Shown piece by piece: positions 55,591-64,000 of a stretch of DNA of 64,000 nt. A model generated the notes under the pieces. That model worked only from the letters and a program-made list of their open reading frames with translations. It was not told the origin of the DNA and did not search any database. A program made the position numbers and the translations under genes. The stretch's first letter is position 1, and each line of letters starts with the position of its first letter. Origin of the DNA: a virus. The DNA lies in the IMG/VR virus record IMGVR_UViG_3300020578_000043, positions 14,728-78,727 of that record; one strand, 5' to 3'.

Positions 55591-56782
55591 AGTTAACATA
55601 GCTACCTATGTTTAGAAGATTTTTAGTTAATGTTGCTGATGATATATTCGAAGCTAGATCCGTTGTAAACAATGATCGATCCTCATTCATTCCATAGCTC
55701 AATGCTGACTTAAAAGATCTAAGAGAATAATCGATCATTTGAGATTTATGCACAAAAGAGGAGTCGTCAGCTAGCCTAATGATTACGTTTGAATTAGTCA
55801 ACGTCTTGATCCTATCAGACAACAAGCTTGCAACGTCCTCATTTTTTGAAGCTAACTTTTCTATCAAACCTCTAACGTGAGAGATGACGGAACTCTTCGT
55901 CCTCACGTTTTTTATGATGATAGAATCTCTCAAGATCGTGCACTCATCAAGCAAAACAGCATCAGACAATCTAATTGTGCTTATTAAGTTTCCTAGGTTA
56001 CAAGACACAGGCAAGCATCCACCTACGATGCACATATCAGAAATCGTGTTGATGCCGCCTAGATCAAAGTCTATGATGATTGGGTAGACATGCATGGTGG
56101 ATCGATCTCTATTGACCTTACAGGTTGTGATCACATCATCATGCATTCCTCTAGACACGAGTATCAACTGATGTCTTTGTTCCGCCGCGTCCTGCAACAG
56201 AAGATTGATCTCTGAGACAGACTCAATGTATCCATCGATTAAGATGATCTTCGGTCGATGAAGCTTGGTAGGCTTTAATGAAGTCATCGGATTGTGTTTA
56301 AAAGTATACCCTTCGATCAATTCTACTGAAGCTGTAGAATTGAGGCTCTTTTCAATAGAAATATTTCCCTTAAAACCAGCTAGTGTAACTGCCTCGTAAA
56401 TAATATCATTTAAAACATGATCATCTGACATGCTATAAAACATGTTTTTTAGGTCTACAAGGGTCGGTGCTACAGATTGTGATTGTTTTTTAACAGTGAA
56501 TCCTTCTTCTAGCCTCTTTTTTGTTTTATGAAGAGTCATGACGAATGAACCCGGGGCTGTAGATTCTGCGCTGAAACAGTGCTCTATGATGAGCCTATGA
56601 ATTGATGATCTTAGTTTGTCATCAAAACGTAGCTCAATGCATGCTTGGAGAGGAGTCTTTAATTTCAATTCAGCTTGATCAAGCTTTAAGACTCTGTCGC
56701 TGTTCGTTTTTGATATCTTGCACAACTCATCTAGTACTTCATGGATAGCTTCTATCACATCTGATTTAAAAAAAACAGACAT
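55580..56782 (-). CDS. Divergent, shortened chaperonin (GroEL/Cpn60-like)
   Basis: EAVTLAGFKGNISIEKS...VELIEGYTF, IILIDGYIESVSEINLLL, LILVSRG..DDVITTCKVN, LLSDRIKTL match intermediate/apical domains; no GDGTTT. Confidence 0.65.
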   Translation of the reverse strand: MSVFFKSDVIEAIHEVLDELCKISKTNSDRVLKLDQAELKLKTPLQACIELRFDDKLRSSIHRLIIEHCFSAESTAPGSFVMTLHKTKKRLEEGFTVKKQSQSVAPTLVDLKNMFYSMSDDHVLNDIIYEAVTLAGFKGNISIEKSLNSTASVELIEGYTFKHNPMTSLKPTKLHRPKIILIDGYIESVSEINLLLQDAAEQRHQLILVSRGMHDDVITTCKVNRDRSTMHVYPIIIDFDLGGINTISDMCIVGGCLPVSCNLGNLISTIRLSDAVLLDECTILRDSIIIKNVRTKSSVISHVRGLIEKLASKNEDVASLLSDRIKTLTNSNVIIRLADDSSFVHKSQMIDYSLRSFKSALSYGMNEDRSLFTTDLASNISSATLTKNLLNIGSYVNSIE

Positions 56783-56788
56783 GAACTA

Positions 56789-56817
56789 ATGTTAAGCTTC
56801 TTGTGTGCGTTGTTCAA
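56789..56817 (-). promoter_or_regulatory. Sigma70-like promoter, leaderless geometry
   Basis: TTGAAC-17-TAACAT, 6 nt before ATG 56782. Confidence 0.55.
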
Positions 56818-57434
56818 ACTATCTTTATGTGACCTGAGACGTATTCGTATATCAACTTGCCTACCATGCCGAGAAGGCCACCTCCCAATGAGACAGCTAC
56901 CCACTTTATTGCTGCATTGTATCGTCTTATGGAGCTCTGCAACTCTTTTAGCATGGATTCATGTTCCAACAACAACTTGTTGTTGCTGTCATCTCTTTCT
57001 TCTTCTTTTTGAGAATGCTTCTCTTCAGAGTTTCTCCATAGCTTTATCTCGTGAACTTCTTTCTCAATATCACCAAGATCTTTTGTGCTTACGCACTCAT
57101 TCTCTACGTTTTTTAATCTTGCGTACAATCCGTTGTCAGGTTCGTACAGGACGTCATGTATTTGATCGACTTTCTCTACAAGTTTTGTCTGAGAATCTTC
57201 AATGCTATCAACCTTGTAGAGAAGAGTCGTGAATCCACCATTCATGGCCGGAGCTGACAGGATCTTGTCCTGCATCTCTAAGATTCTTTTGTAGTTTTGT
57301 TCAATGTTTGTTAAGGCTTTTGTAGAAAAGGGAACATCTTCATCGATGTCTTTTTCTACCATGTCAAGACTTGAAGGTTTTTTTGCTTGATTTTTTTTTG
57401 CTGTCTTTGTACGTCTCGGCATATACAACCTCAC
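56814..57434 (-). CDS. Coiled-coil protein with C-terminal membrane anchor
   Basis: Heptad-rich middle, PDNGLYARL, C-terminal WVAVSLGGGLLGMVGKLIY hydrophobic helix. Confidence 0.6.
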   Translation of the reverse strand: MRLYMPRRTKTAKKNQAKKPSSLDMVEKDIDEDVPFSTKALTNIEQNYKRILEMQDKILSAPAMNGGFTTLLYKVDSIEDSQTKLVEKVDQIHDVLYEPDNGLYARLKNVENECVSTKDLGDIEKEVHEIKLWRNSEEKHSQKEEERDDSNNKLLLEHESMLKELQSSIRRYNAAIKWVAVSLGGGLLGMVGKLIYEYVSGHIKIV

Positions 57435-57546
57435 AAGTCTTACTAATATAAAAATCTAGAACAATATCACAATGGCTATAGCGGTTAGCTAAATACTAAC
57501 TAACTGAATCTAAATATTCTTTAGCTTAACCTAATTAGAGGATAAT

Positions 57547-59481
57547 TTGATTAATTTAAACGAGAATCCTTTTGGATCTGTTCAACATCGAGTGGAGATT
57601 CCACGAGAAGCAAAAGTAATATTTGTCGCAGACTTATTTGCAGAACATTATGTTGGTGGTGCTGAGTTAACGACCCAAGCTCTAATTGATGAATGTCCTC
57701 TACCGTATGTAAAGATTCTCTCAAAAGATTTAAACGTCGGTCTGTTGAAGGACGGAGTCGACAGGTTTTGGGTTTTTGGAAATTTTGCTCAAATGAATCC
57801 TGAGTTAATTCCCACGATCATTGGTAACCTGAAATACACAATCCTTGAGTACGATTACAAATACTGTCGTTATAGATCTCCCGAAAAACACACAGCTACT
57901 TCAGGATCACCATGCGATTGTCATGAACAGTTGAATGGAAAACTGATATCAGCATTCTATTACGGATCAAGAGGATTGTGGTGGATGTCAGAAGCTCAAA
58001 AGGAAAGATATCTAAAGATCTTTCCATTCTTGTCCGAAAAGACGAACGTCGTATTGTCCAGCGTCTTCTCTAAAGACACATTAGGAAAGATTAAATTCTT
58101 AAAAGAAAAAATTCTTTCTTCAGAAAGAAAAGGTTGGATCGTCTTAGGGTCTAATTCTTGGGTAAAAGGAGCTTCCGCAGCAAAACAATGGTGCGAAGAA
58201 AATCATAAAGAGCACTCTGTCGTTTGGGATATTCCTTATGATCAAATGCTAGCAAGACTAGCTAGTTCTGAAGGTTTTGTGTATCTTCCATCAGGCGCAG
58301 ATACATGTCCAAGAATGGTAATAGAAGCAAAACTATTGGGATGTCAACTTCATCTCAATGAAAACGTTCAACATGCAGAAGAAGAGTGGTTTGCTACTGA
58401 AGATCTATCTTCAATAGAAGAATACCTTTTCTCAGCCCCAGGTCTTTTCTGGAACGGAGTTAAGACGATGATGGATTATCATCCATCAATTAGCGGATAC
58501 ACAACTGTACTAAACTGTATTAAACAGGAATATCCTTTTGAGCAGTGTATTACATCAATGTTACAATTTTGCGAAGAAGTTTGCGTTGTTGATGGCGGAT
58601 CCACAGACGGCACTTGGGAAAAATTGACAGAGTGGGCCAAGCAGGAATCAAAGTTAAAAATCAAGCAAGTCAATCGTGACTGGAATCATCCAAGGTTTGC
58701 CGTGTTCGATGGAATGCAAAAGGCTGAAGCACGAGCAATGTGTTCTTCAACATTCTGTTGGCAGATGGATTCTGATGAAATTGTTCATGAAGACGATGCT
58801 CAAAAAATCATCGACTTATGCTCAAAATTCCCAGCAGGTGTAGATTTAATATCACTTCCAGTCATTGAATACTGGGGCGGACCTGAAAAGGTCCGCGCAG
58901 ACATCATGCCTTGGAAATGGAGGCTTAGCAGAAACAAACCTTACATCACTCACGGAATACCCGCTGACCTACGCCGTTATGATGAAGATGGAAACATGTT
59001 TGCTCTTGCAGGTGATGGTTGTGACATGATTGATACGTCATCAGGACAGAGGATTCCTCATGTAAGCTTTTACTCTGGTGAAGCAGACGGCAAGAGAAAT
59101 GCAGCAATGTTAGGAAATCAAGAATCTTTAGCAGAGTATAACGCTTGGTTTAACATGGTCATTGACAGTTTGCCTTGCGTCTTTCATTACAGCTGGTTCA
59201 ATATAGAAAGAAAGATCAAGCTATATAGAAACTATTGGACAAAGCATTGGGAGTCGTTGTCCGGTAAGTTGTATGAAGATACGTCTGAGTCAAATATGAT
59301 GTTTGATTCTCCTTGGTATAAAGTAACTGACGAAATGATTAAACTTCGAGCTGAGGAGTTGAAGACAAAACTAGGCGGTTGGATTTGGCACCGAAAGTGG
59401 GACGGCAAGACGACAACTCCTCATCTCACAATTAGCAGAACGCAGCCTCAAATAATGACCAAAAAGGAAACGCAGCAATGA
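57547..59481 (+). CDS. Two-domain glycosyltransferase (GT-B-like + GT2/GT-A)
   Basis: GGAELT and DTCPRMVIEAKLLGC (GT-B); VVDGGSTDGT and MDSDE (GT2); TTG start after GAGGA. Confidence 0.8.
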   Translation: MINLNENPFGSVQHRVEIPREAKVIFVADLFAEHYVGGAELTTQALIDECPLPYVKILSKDLNVGLLKDGVDRFWVFGNFAQMNPELIPTIIGNLKYTILEYDYKYCRYRSPEKHTATSGSPCDCHEQLNGKLISAFYYGSRGLWWMSEAQKERYLKIFPFLSEKTNVVLSSVFSKDTLGKIKFLKEKILSSERKGWIVLGSNSWVKGASAAKQWCEENHKEHSVVWDIPYDQMLARLASSEGFVYLPSGADTCPRMVIEAKLLGCQLHLNENVQHAEEEWFATEDLSSIEEYLFSAPGLFWNGVKTMMDYHPSISGYTTVLNCIKQEYPFEQCITSMLQFCEEVCVVDGGSTDGTWEKLTEWAKQESKLKIKQVNRDWNHPRFAVFDGMQKAEARAMCSSTFCWQMDSDEIVHEDDAQKIIDLCSKFPAGVDLISLPVIEYWGGPEKVRADIMPWKWRLSRNKPYITHGIPADLRRYDEDGNMFALAGDGCDMIDTSSGQRIPHVSFYSGEADGKRNAAMLGNQESLAEYNAWFNMVIDSLPCVFHYSWFNIERKIKLYRNYWTKHWESLSGKLYEDTSESNMMFDSPWYKVTDEMIKLRAEELKTKLGGWIWHRKWDGKTTTPHLTISRTQPQIMTKKETQQ

Positions 59482-60197
59482 AAGGTATCATTCTCGCAGG
59501 TGGAGTAGGAAGCCGTCTATATCCATTAACAAAAGCAACTAATAAGTGCCTGTTGCCTGTTGCAGGAGTTCCGATGGTGTATAGAATGATCGATCTATTC
59601 ACTGCATCTGGTATCGAAGACATCATGCTCATTACAGGCACAGAGCACGCAGGACAAGCCATATCTTTGTTAGGATCAGGAGCAGATCTTAAGTGCTCGA
59701 TGACGTACAGGGTCCAAGACAAAGCAAACGGAATTGCTTCTGCCCTTAAACTTTGTAAGAGCTTCTGCGCAAACGAAAAGTTCGTTGTCATTTTAGGAGA
59801 TAACATCTTTAGCAGTCACAATCTAATCTCTAAAGAGTTGGTTGAATTTAAAAATTCTGCAGACTCATACAAGCTATTTGCAAAAAAAGTCCCAGATCCT
59901 CATCGGTTTGGAGTACCCGTGTACGATACTTCGGGTAAGGTCGTTGATATCATTGAAAAACCAAAGGTTCCTCCTTGTGACAAAGCAATTGTAGGCCTGT
60001 ATTGCTACACATCAGAAGCATTTGATGTAATAGATGACCTACAACCGTCGCCTAGAGGAGAGTATGAAATCAGCGACGTTAGCGCATGGTTTGTAAAAAA
60101 CAGATCTGGTAAAGTATTTGATATTGATTGTGAATGGGTTGATGCAGGAACCCATGATTCTTATAGAAGAGCTAACGAAATGGTTTGGGAAAAATGA
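59478..60197 (+). CDS. rmlA: Glucose-1-phosphate thymidylyltransferase (short form)
   Basis: MKGIILAGGVGSRLYPLT, LGDN, IEKP, PSPRGEYEISD, WVDAGT. Confidence 0.9.
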   Translation: MKGIILAGGVGSRLYPLTKATNKCLLPVAGVPMVYRMIDLFTASGIEDIMLITGTEHAGQAISLLGSGADLKCSMTYRVQDKANGIASALKLCKSFCANEKFVVILGDNIFSSHNLISKELVEFKNSADSYKLFAKKVPDPHRFGVPVYDTSGKVVDIIEKPKVPPCDKAIVGLYCYTSEAFDVIDDLQPSPRGEYEISDVSAWFVKNRSGKVFDIDCEWVDAGTHDSYRRANEMVWEK

Positions 60198-61021
60198 AAG
60201 TAATCATAGGATCTGGTAAGGTCGCTAACGTCATAAAGAATGATGGTGATGAAGTACTTTCTCATGCAGAAATTGAGATAACTGATAAAAAGTCTATCAG
60301 CTCAAAATTGTGTAAATATCCTACTGGCACGACGATAATCAATACTGCTGCAAAAATCAATCTTGAATGGTGCGAAGAAAACGTAGCGTTGACAAGAGAG
60401 GTTAACACAATTGGTGCAGTTAATGTTGCAGAAGCATGTGCAACGTTTGGACATCATCTTGTACACGTTGGAAGTGGATGCATCTTTGACGGAATGGAGA
60501 CAGAAAAACTGTATTCTGAAGATGATGAACCAACACCAGCTTGCTGGTATGCAGAGACAAAGGCTGAGGCAGATAGGCTTATGATGAATCTGTCTTACGA
60601 AAAACTAACCATCGTAAGACCTCGTCAGCTGATATCTCCTGTCAAAAATTCTACAAACATGCTCACTAAGTTTGCATCTTTAAAGTCTGGTCACTTTATA
60701 GATGCAAAGAATTCTGTGACATGCATTGAAGACATGAAAGATGCAATTGAACATCTGATTACAAATAACTTGTACGGAATATTCAACGTTGCAAATACCG
60801 GATGGTTGAGCCCGTATCAAATAGCTCTAAAGATAAAAGAAACGATCAACCCAAACCTTGAAGTGAACAAGACTTCGTACCAAGAACACTTGAGTAGAAC
60901 TAAAGTAAAGAGAGTCAACACTCTCTTAAGCATCGATAAGTTGTTGTCAACTGGGTACACACCTAGAAGTGCTGATTCTGCATTGGGTTGGTGTCTAGAA
61001 AATTATGGTAAAAGTGTATGA
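60194..61021 (+). CDS. NDP-4-keto-6-deoxyglucose reductase, RmlD/NRS-ER-like (probable 3,5-epimerase/4-reductase)
   Basis: INTAA..NLEWCE, GSGCIFDG, YAETK (YxxxK), NMLTK, NSVT, GIFNVAN. Confidence 0.75.
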   Translation: MKVIIGSGKVANVIKNDGDEVLSHAEIEITDKKSISSKLCKYPTGTTIINTAAKINLEWCEENVALTREVNTIGAVNVAEACATFGHHLVHVGSGCIFDGMETEKLYSEDDEPTPACWYAETKAEADRLMMNLSYEKLTIVRPRQLISPVKNSTNMLTKFASLKSGHFIDAKNSVTCIEDMKDAIEHLITNNLYGIFNVANTGWLSPYQIALKIKETINPNLEVNKTSYQEHLSRTKVKRVNTLLSIDKLLSTGYTPRSADSALGWCLENYGKSV

Positions 61022-61947
61022 AGGTATTAATGACCGGTGCTGCAGGATTTATTGGAGGTCATGCCTATGATCACTATGTATCATGTAAAGATGAAGTGCT
61101 GGTCGTCGATAAATTTTCTTATGCTGCTCGACCCGAAGCTAGAGACAAGATCAAAAACTTAGTTGAATTGGACGTGTCTGATAAGGACTTGCTGCCCATC
61201 ATTAAGAGCTTTAGGCCAGACGTCATAGTTAATTTTGCAGCTGAAACACACGTCGATAATTCTATAAAGGACAGCTATGATTTCATCGTGTCTAACACGC
61301 TTGGAACAGCAAACCTGCTTGATGCATGCCGAGATTTTAAGATTAAATTATGTCATGTTTCTACTGATGAAGTCTATGGACCCGCGTCAGAAAGACCATT
61401 CACTGAACGTGACAAATTGAATCCCATGAATCCTTACTCTGCAACAAAAGCTGCTGCAGATTTGATGATAAAAGCATACAAAAATACTCACAAAATAGAC
61501 TACGTAATTGTACGACCTTCAAACAATTACGGTCCTAACCAAAACAAAGAAAAGTTCATACCAAAACTAGTCGACTGCATATCAAACGGAAAGAAATTCC
61601 CTCTTTACGGAACCGGTGATCAAAAAAGAGAATGGACGTATGTTACTGACACGGCAGTCATAACTAGAAAAATAATTCAATCAGAAAAAAAGTGGAATTC
61701 AACTTACAACATCAGCTCAGGAATAATGCACAGCAACTTACAAGTCATAGAGTTTGTTTGCGGCGCTTATCAAGAGATTACTGGAAAAAAAGTAAGCTTA
61801 AAGTCTGTGATTGAAAACGTTGTTGATAGACCAGGCCATGATAGAAAATACTGGATATCAACAAAAGAGCTTGAAAACCTGTTAAAACATGATTATGTTA
61901 ATTTTCGTTCTGGCATCATGAAGACTGTTCGGTCATATGTCAAATAG
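61018..61947 (+). CDS. rmlB: dTDP-glucose 4,6-dehydratase
   Basis: TGAAGFIG, NFAAETHVDNSI, HVSTDEVYG, PYSATKAA, NNYGPNQ, DRPGHDRKY. Confidence 0.92.
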   Translation: MKVLMTGAAGFIGGHAYDHYVSCKDEVLVVDKFSYAARPEARDKIKNLVELDVSDKDLLPIIKSFRPDVIVNFAAETHVDNSIKDSYDFIVSNTLGTANLLDACRDFKIKLCHVSTDEVYGPASERPFTERDKLNPMNPYSATKAAADLMIKAYKNTHKIDYVIVRPSNNYGPNQNKEKFIPKLVDCISNGKKFPLYGTGDQKREWTYVTDTAVITRKIIQSEKKWNSTYNISSGIMHSNLQVIEFVCGAYQEITGKKVSLKSVIENVVDRPGHDRKYWISTKELENLLKHDYVNFRSGIMKTVRSYVK

Positions 61948-62671
61948 ATTCGTTTTTATATCTCCAATGTATAATGCGTCAGAGACCCTTCCAAGGATGC
62001 TTCATTCCTTGTGCGGTCAATCTTATGAAAATTGGAAGTTGATTCTTGTCGATGATGTTTCTTCAACATCAGATAGACAGATTTCAAAGAAGGTTTGTGA
62101 AGACTTTCAATCGATGCTAGGTGGAAAATATTTCAATAAAATAAGTTGTGTTTGGAATGATGAAAAGAAGTGGGAAGTTGCAAACGTCTTGTATGGAATA
62201 TCATTGTGCAAAGAAGAAGATATCTTATGCAGAATAGACGCAGATGACTGGCTTACGGATGCTGACGCTTTAGCAATCATAGATTCAGCATATCAACAAA
62301 CAGGATGTGATATCTTGTGGACAGCACATAGGTGGGGATTCAGCGATAAAAACATCAGCGGCCCCATGTCTAATGATGCAGATCCGTATAAACATCCATG
62401 GGTTTCAAGTCACTTAAAGACGTTTAGAAAAAAACTATTAAATAACGTCAGCGATGAAAACTATAGAGGCGAAGATGGAGGCTACATCCGACGAGCAGGT
62501 GATCAAGCCATCTATCTTCCAGCGCTTTACAACTCAAAAAAGAGAATATTTTTACCGAGAGTAATGTACCATTACACAATCGATGACGTACCAGCGACGT
62601 ATCAAACTAACGATGCAATATTTCAAAGAGATGAAGCTGTGTTTTTAAGAGAGAGAGGGTACGTTACATGA
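61937..62671 (+). CDS. Glycosyltransferase family 2
   Basis: ISPMYNA, LVDDVS, RIDADDWL. Confidence 0.85.
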   Translation: MSNRFVFISPMYNASETLPRMLHSLCGQSYENWKLILVDDVSSTSDRQISKKVCEDFQSMLGGKYFNKISCVWNDEKKWEVANVLYGISLCKEEDILCRIDADDWLTDADALAIIDSAYQQTGCDILWTAHRWGFSDKNISGPMSNDADPYKHPWVSSHLKTFRKKLLNNVSDENYRGEDGGYIRRAGDQAIYLPALYNSKKRIFLPRVMYHYTIDDVPATYQTNDAIFQRDEAVFLRERGYVT

Positions 62672-63033
62672 TGCAAGGTGAAGCTCTTCATGACTCAATT
62701 TCAAAGCTGTTGACTGAAAGATTGTCAAAGAGGACAGGAGAAAAGTTAACATCCTCAGTTTGTTCAGAGATATATCAAGACATCTTCTTTTCATTGTCTG
62801 AACTCGTAAAAGAGTCTTCGATACCATTGAGTAATGAATCAGTGAACTTCATAGCGCAGATGTATTATGATGCAGTAACGATAAACGGCGGACAGGAACT
62901 AGACCCCAACATCTTTACCCAAAGAGCTAGCTTAAAAAACATAGATACAAAAGAACTAGCTTTGATGGCGATGATGTTCAACAAGACTCCATTTGCAATA
63001 CCGTTCATCTCTGAAGTTAAAAAAAGATCATGA
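62668..63033 (+). CDS. Hypothetical protein
   Basis: 121-aa ORF overlapping both neighbours (ATGA coupling). Confidence 0.55.
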   Translation: MMQGEALHDSISKLLTERLSKRTGEKLTSSVCSEIYQDIFFSLSELVKESSIPLSNESVNFIAQMYYDAVTINGGQELDPNIFTQRASLKNIDTKELALMAMMFNKTPFAIPFISEVKKRS

Positions 63034-63959
63034 AGGTTCATCTTGACAACATAAACATGAGTTCAAACTCTGGTCCAAATTCTTTTGGAAAGAGACTGGC
63101 CATGGGATTGATAGAATCAGGTCATGAAGTTGAATTGTATGATGGAAGAAATGCCGATGTTTCAATAGTATTCATCGAACCAAGCGGTCAACCTTTAGCA
63201 AAAAAAGTTATCCAGAGATTGGACGGAATTTGGTTTTCACCTGAAGAATTTGAAACAAAAAATTCTTCAATAAAAGAGTTATATCAATCAGCAGATGGAG
63301 TCATATGGCAATCTGAATTTGACAAAGGAATGACAACAAAATGGTGGAATCACCCTAAATGTGGAACGGTTATAAGAAATGGAATAAATGCTCCTCAAAT
63401 TAAAAAATTTCAAATTCCTGCGCTGGAACAATTAAGACAACACTATGAAATGTTATTTGTTTGTTCTGCAAATTGGCACCCTCAAAAAAGATTAATGGCA
63501 AATATCGATCTTTATAAACATTTAAAAAATTTTTATTCTTCAGCTGCGTTAATTGTATTAGGGTCTAATCCAGTCAAGGTTGCAGATCCTCATATATTTT
63601 ATGCAGGTTCACAACCTCATGATGTGTGTTTAGAGATTTTTTCAGCTGCAAACTGGATGCTTCATTTAGCATGGTTGGATCACTGTCCGAATACGGTTGT
63701 TGAAGCTTTATCTCAAGGAACGCCAGTTATTTGTTCAGAACAAGGTGGAACAAAAGAACTTATTAAAGGATATGGAATTATTCTTAAAGAAGAAGTTAGC
63801 TATAATTTTAAGTTGACTAACTATGAAAACCCTCCAAAAATTGATGTAAAACAAATAAAGAATAAGCTTCCTGACAAAAGCGAATTATCAAATTGTTTTG
63901 ATATAACTATGAAAAATTGCTTATCAAATTATATAAATTTTATTAAAGAAATAGTATGA
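63030..63959 (+). CDS. Glycosyltransferase family 4 (GT-B)
   Basis: IRNG, HPQKR, DHCPNTVVEALSQGTPVICSEQGGTKEL. Confidence 0.85.
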   Translation: MKVHLDNINMSSNSGPNSFGKRLAMGLIESGHEVELYDGRNADVSIVFIEPSGQPLAKKVIQRLDGIWFSPEEFETKNSSIKELYQSADGVIWQSEFDKGMTTKWWNHPKCGTVIRNGINAPQIKKFQIPALEQLRQHYEMLFVCSANWHPQKRLMANIDLYKHLKNFYSSAALIVLGSNPVKVADPHIFYAGSQPHDVCLEIFSAANWMLHLAWLDHCPNTVVEALSQGTPVICSEQGGTKELIKGYGIILKEEVSYNFKLTNYENPPKIDVKQIKNKLPDKSELSNCFDITMKNCLSNYINFIKEIV

Positions 63960-64000
63960 TAAAAAAAGTCGAAAAAGGATGGGGTTATGAACTGTGGATC
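63956..64000 (+). CDS. Start of cupin / sugar-isomerase-like protein, truncated by window edge
   Basis: MIKKVEKGWGYELWI, the N-terminal K.WG.E.W motif of small cupins common in phage sugar clusters. Confidence 0.5.
   Translation, partial: MIKKVEKGWGYELWI

Noticed and set aside
1-64000. Stop-codon recoding, as in some jumbo phages
   Set aside because: Genes are full length in code 11 and end in TAA, TAG and TGA alike
1-64000. CRISPR array, tRNA or rRNA genes
   Set aside because: No regularly spaced repeats or cloverleaf-like sequences seen; intergenic gaps are short (by eye only, not scanned)

Overview
This window is a 64-kb piece of a large (jumbo-type) T4-like myovirus genome using standard code 11, with most genes on the minus strand. 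It contains the virion morphogenesis block: tail sheath running off the left edge, gp15/gp14/gp13-like neck and tail-completion genes, major capsid gp23, scaffold, prohead protease gp21, an intein-containing portal gp20, terminase large subunit, gp4-like head-completion nuclease and a cluster of large baseplate/tail-like genes. DNA metabolism genes include a fused Mre11-Rad50 (SbcD-SbcC), primase, RuvC-like resolvase and DinG-like helicase. Also present are an M15 endolysin, PIN-PhoH, ClpP, a degenerate GroEL-like protein, an Hc1 histone-like protein and a plus-strand dTDP-rhamnose/glycosyltransferase cluster. The most unusual element is a three-gene exported-protein cassette (9621-13748): a CxxCH lipoprotein of the DUF1549/1588/1585 type, a Cys-rich lipoprotein and a Tat-exported DUF1501/DUF1552-type protein. 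This module is typical of myxobacteria/planctomycetes and here sits inside the phage head-neck gene cluster. Other notable signals are two promoter classes (an ATANTTA late-type motif, and sigma70-like promoters positioned to give leaderless mRNAs), a family of small proteins with an N-terminal capsid-targeting-like motif, and an NRS/ER-type bifunctional epimerase-reductase apparently standing in for RmlC/RmlD. All family assignments come from motif recognition by eye; no database searches were run. One ORF-track entry (36864..38087) is labelled + but reads on the minus strand.
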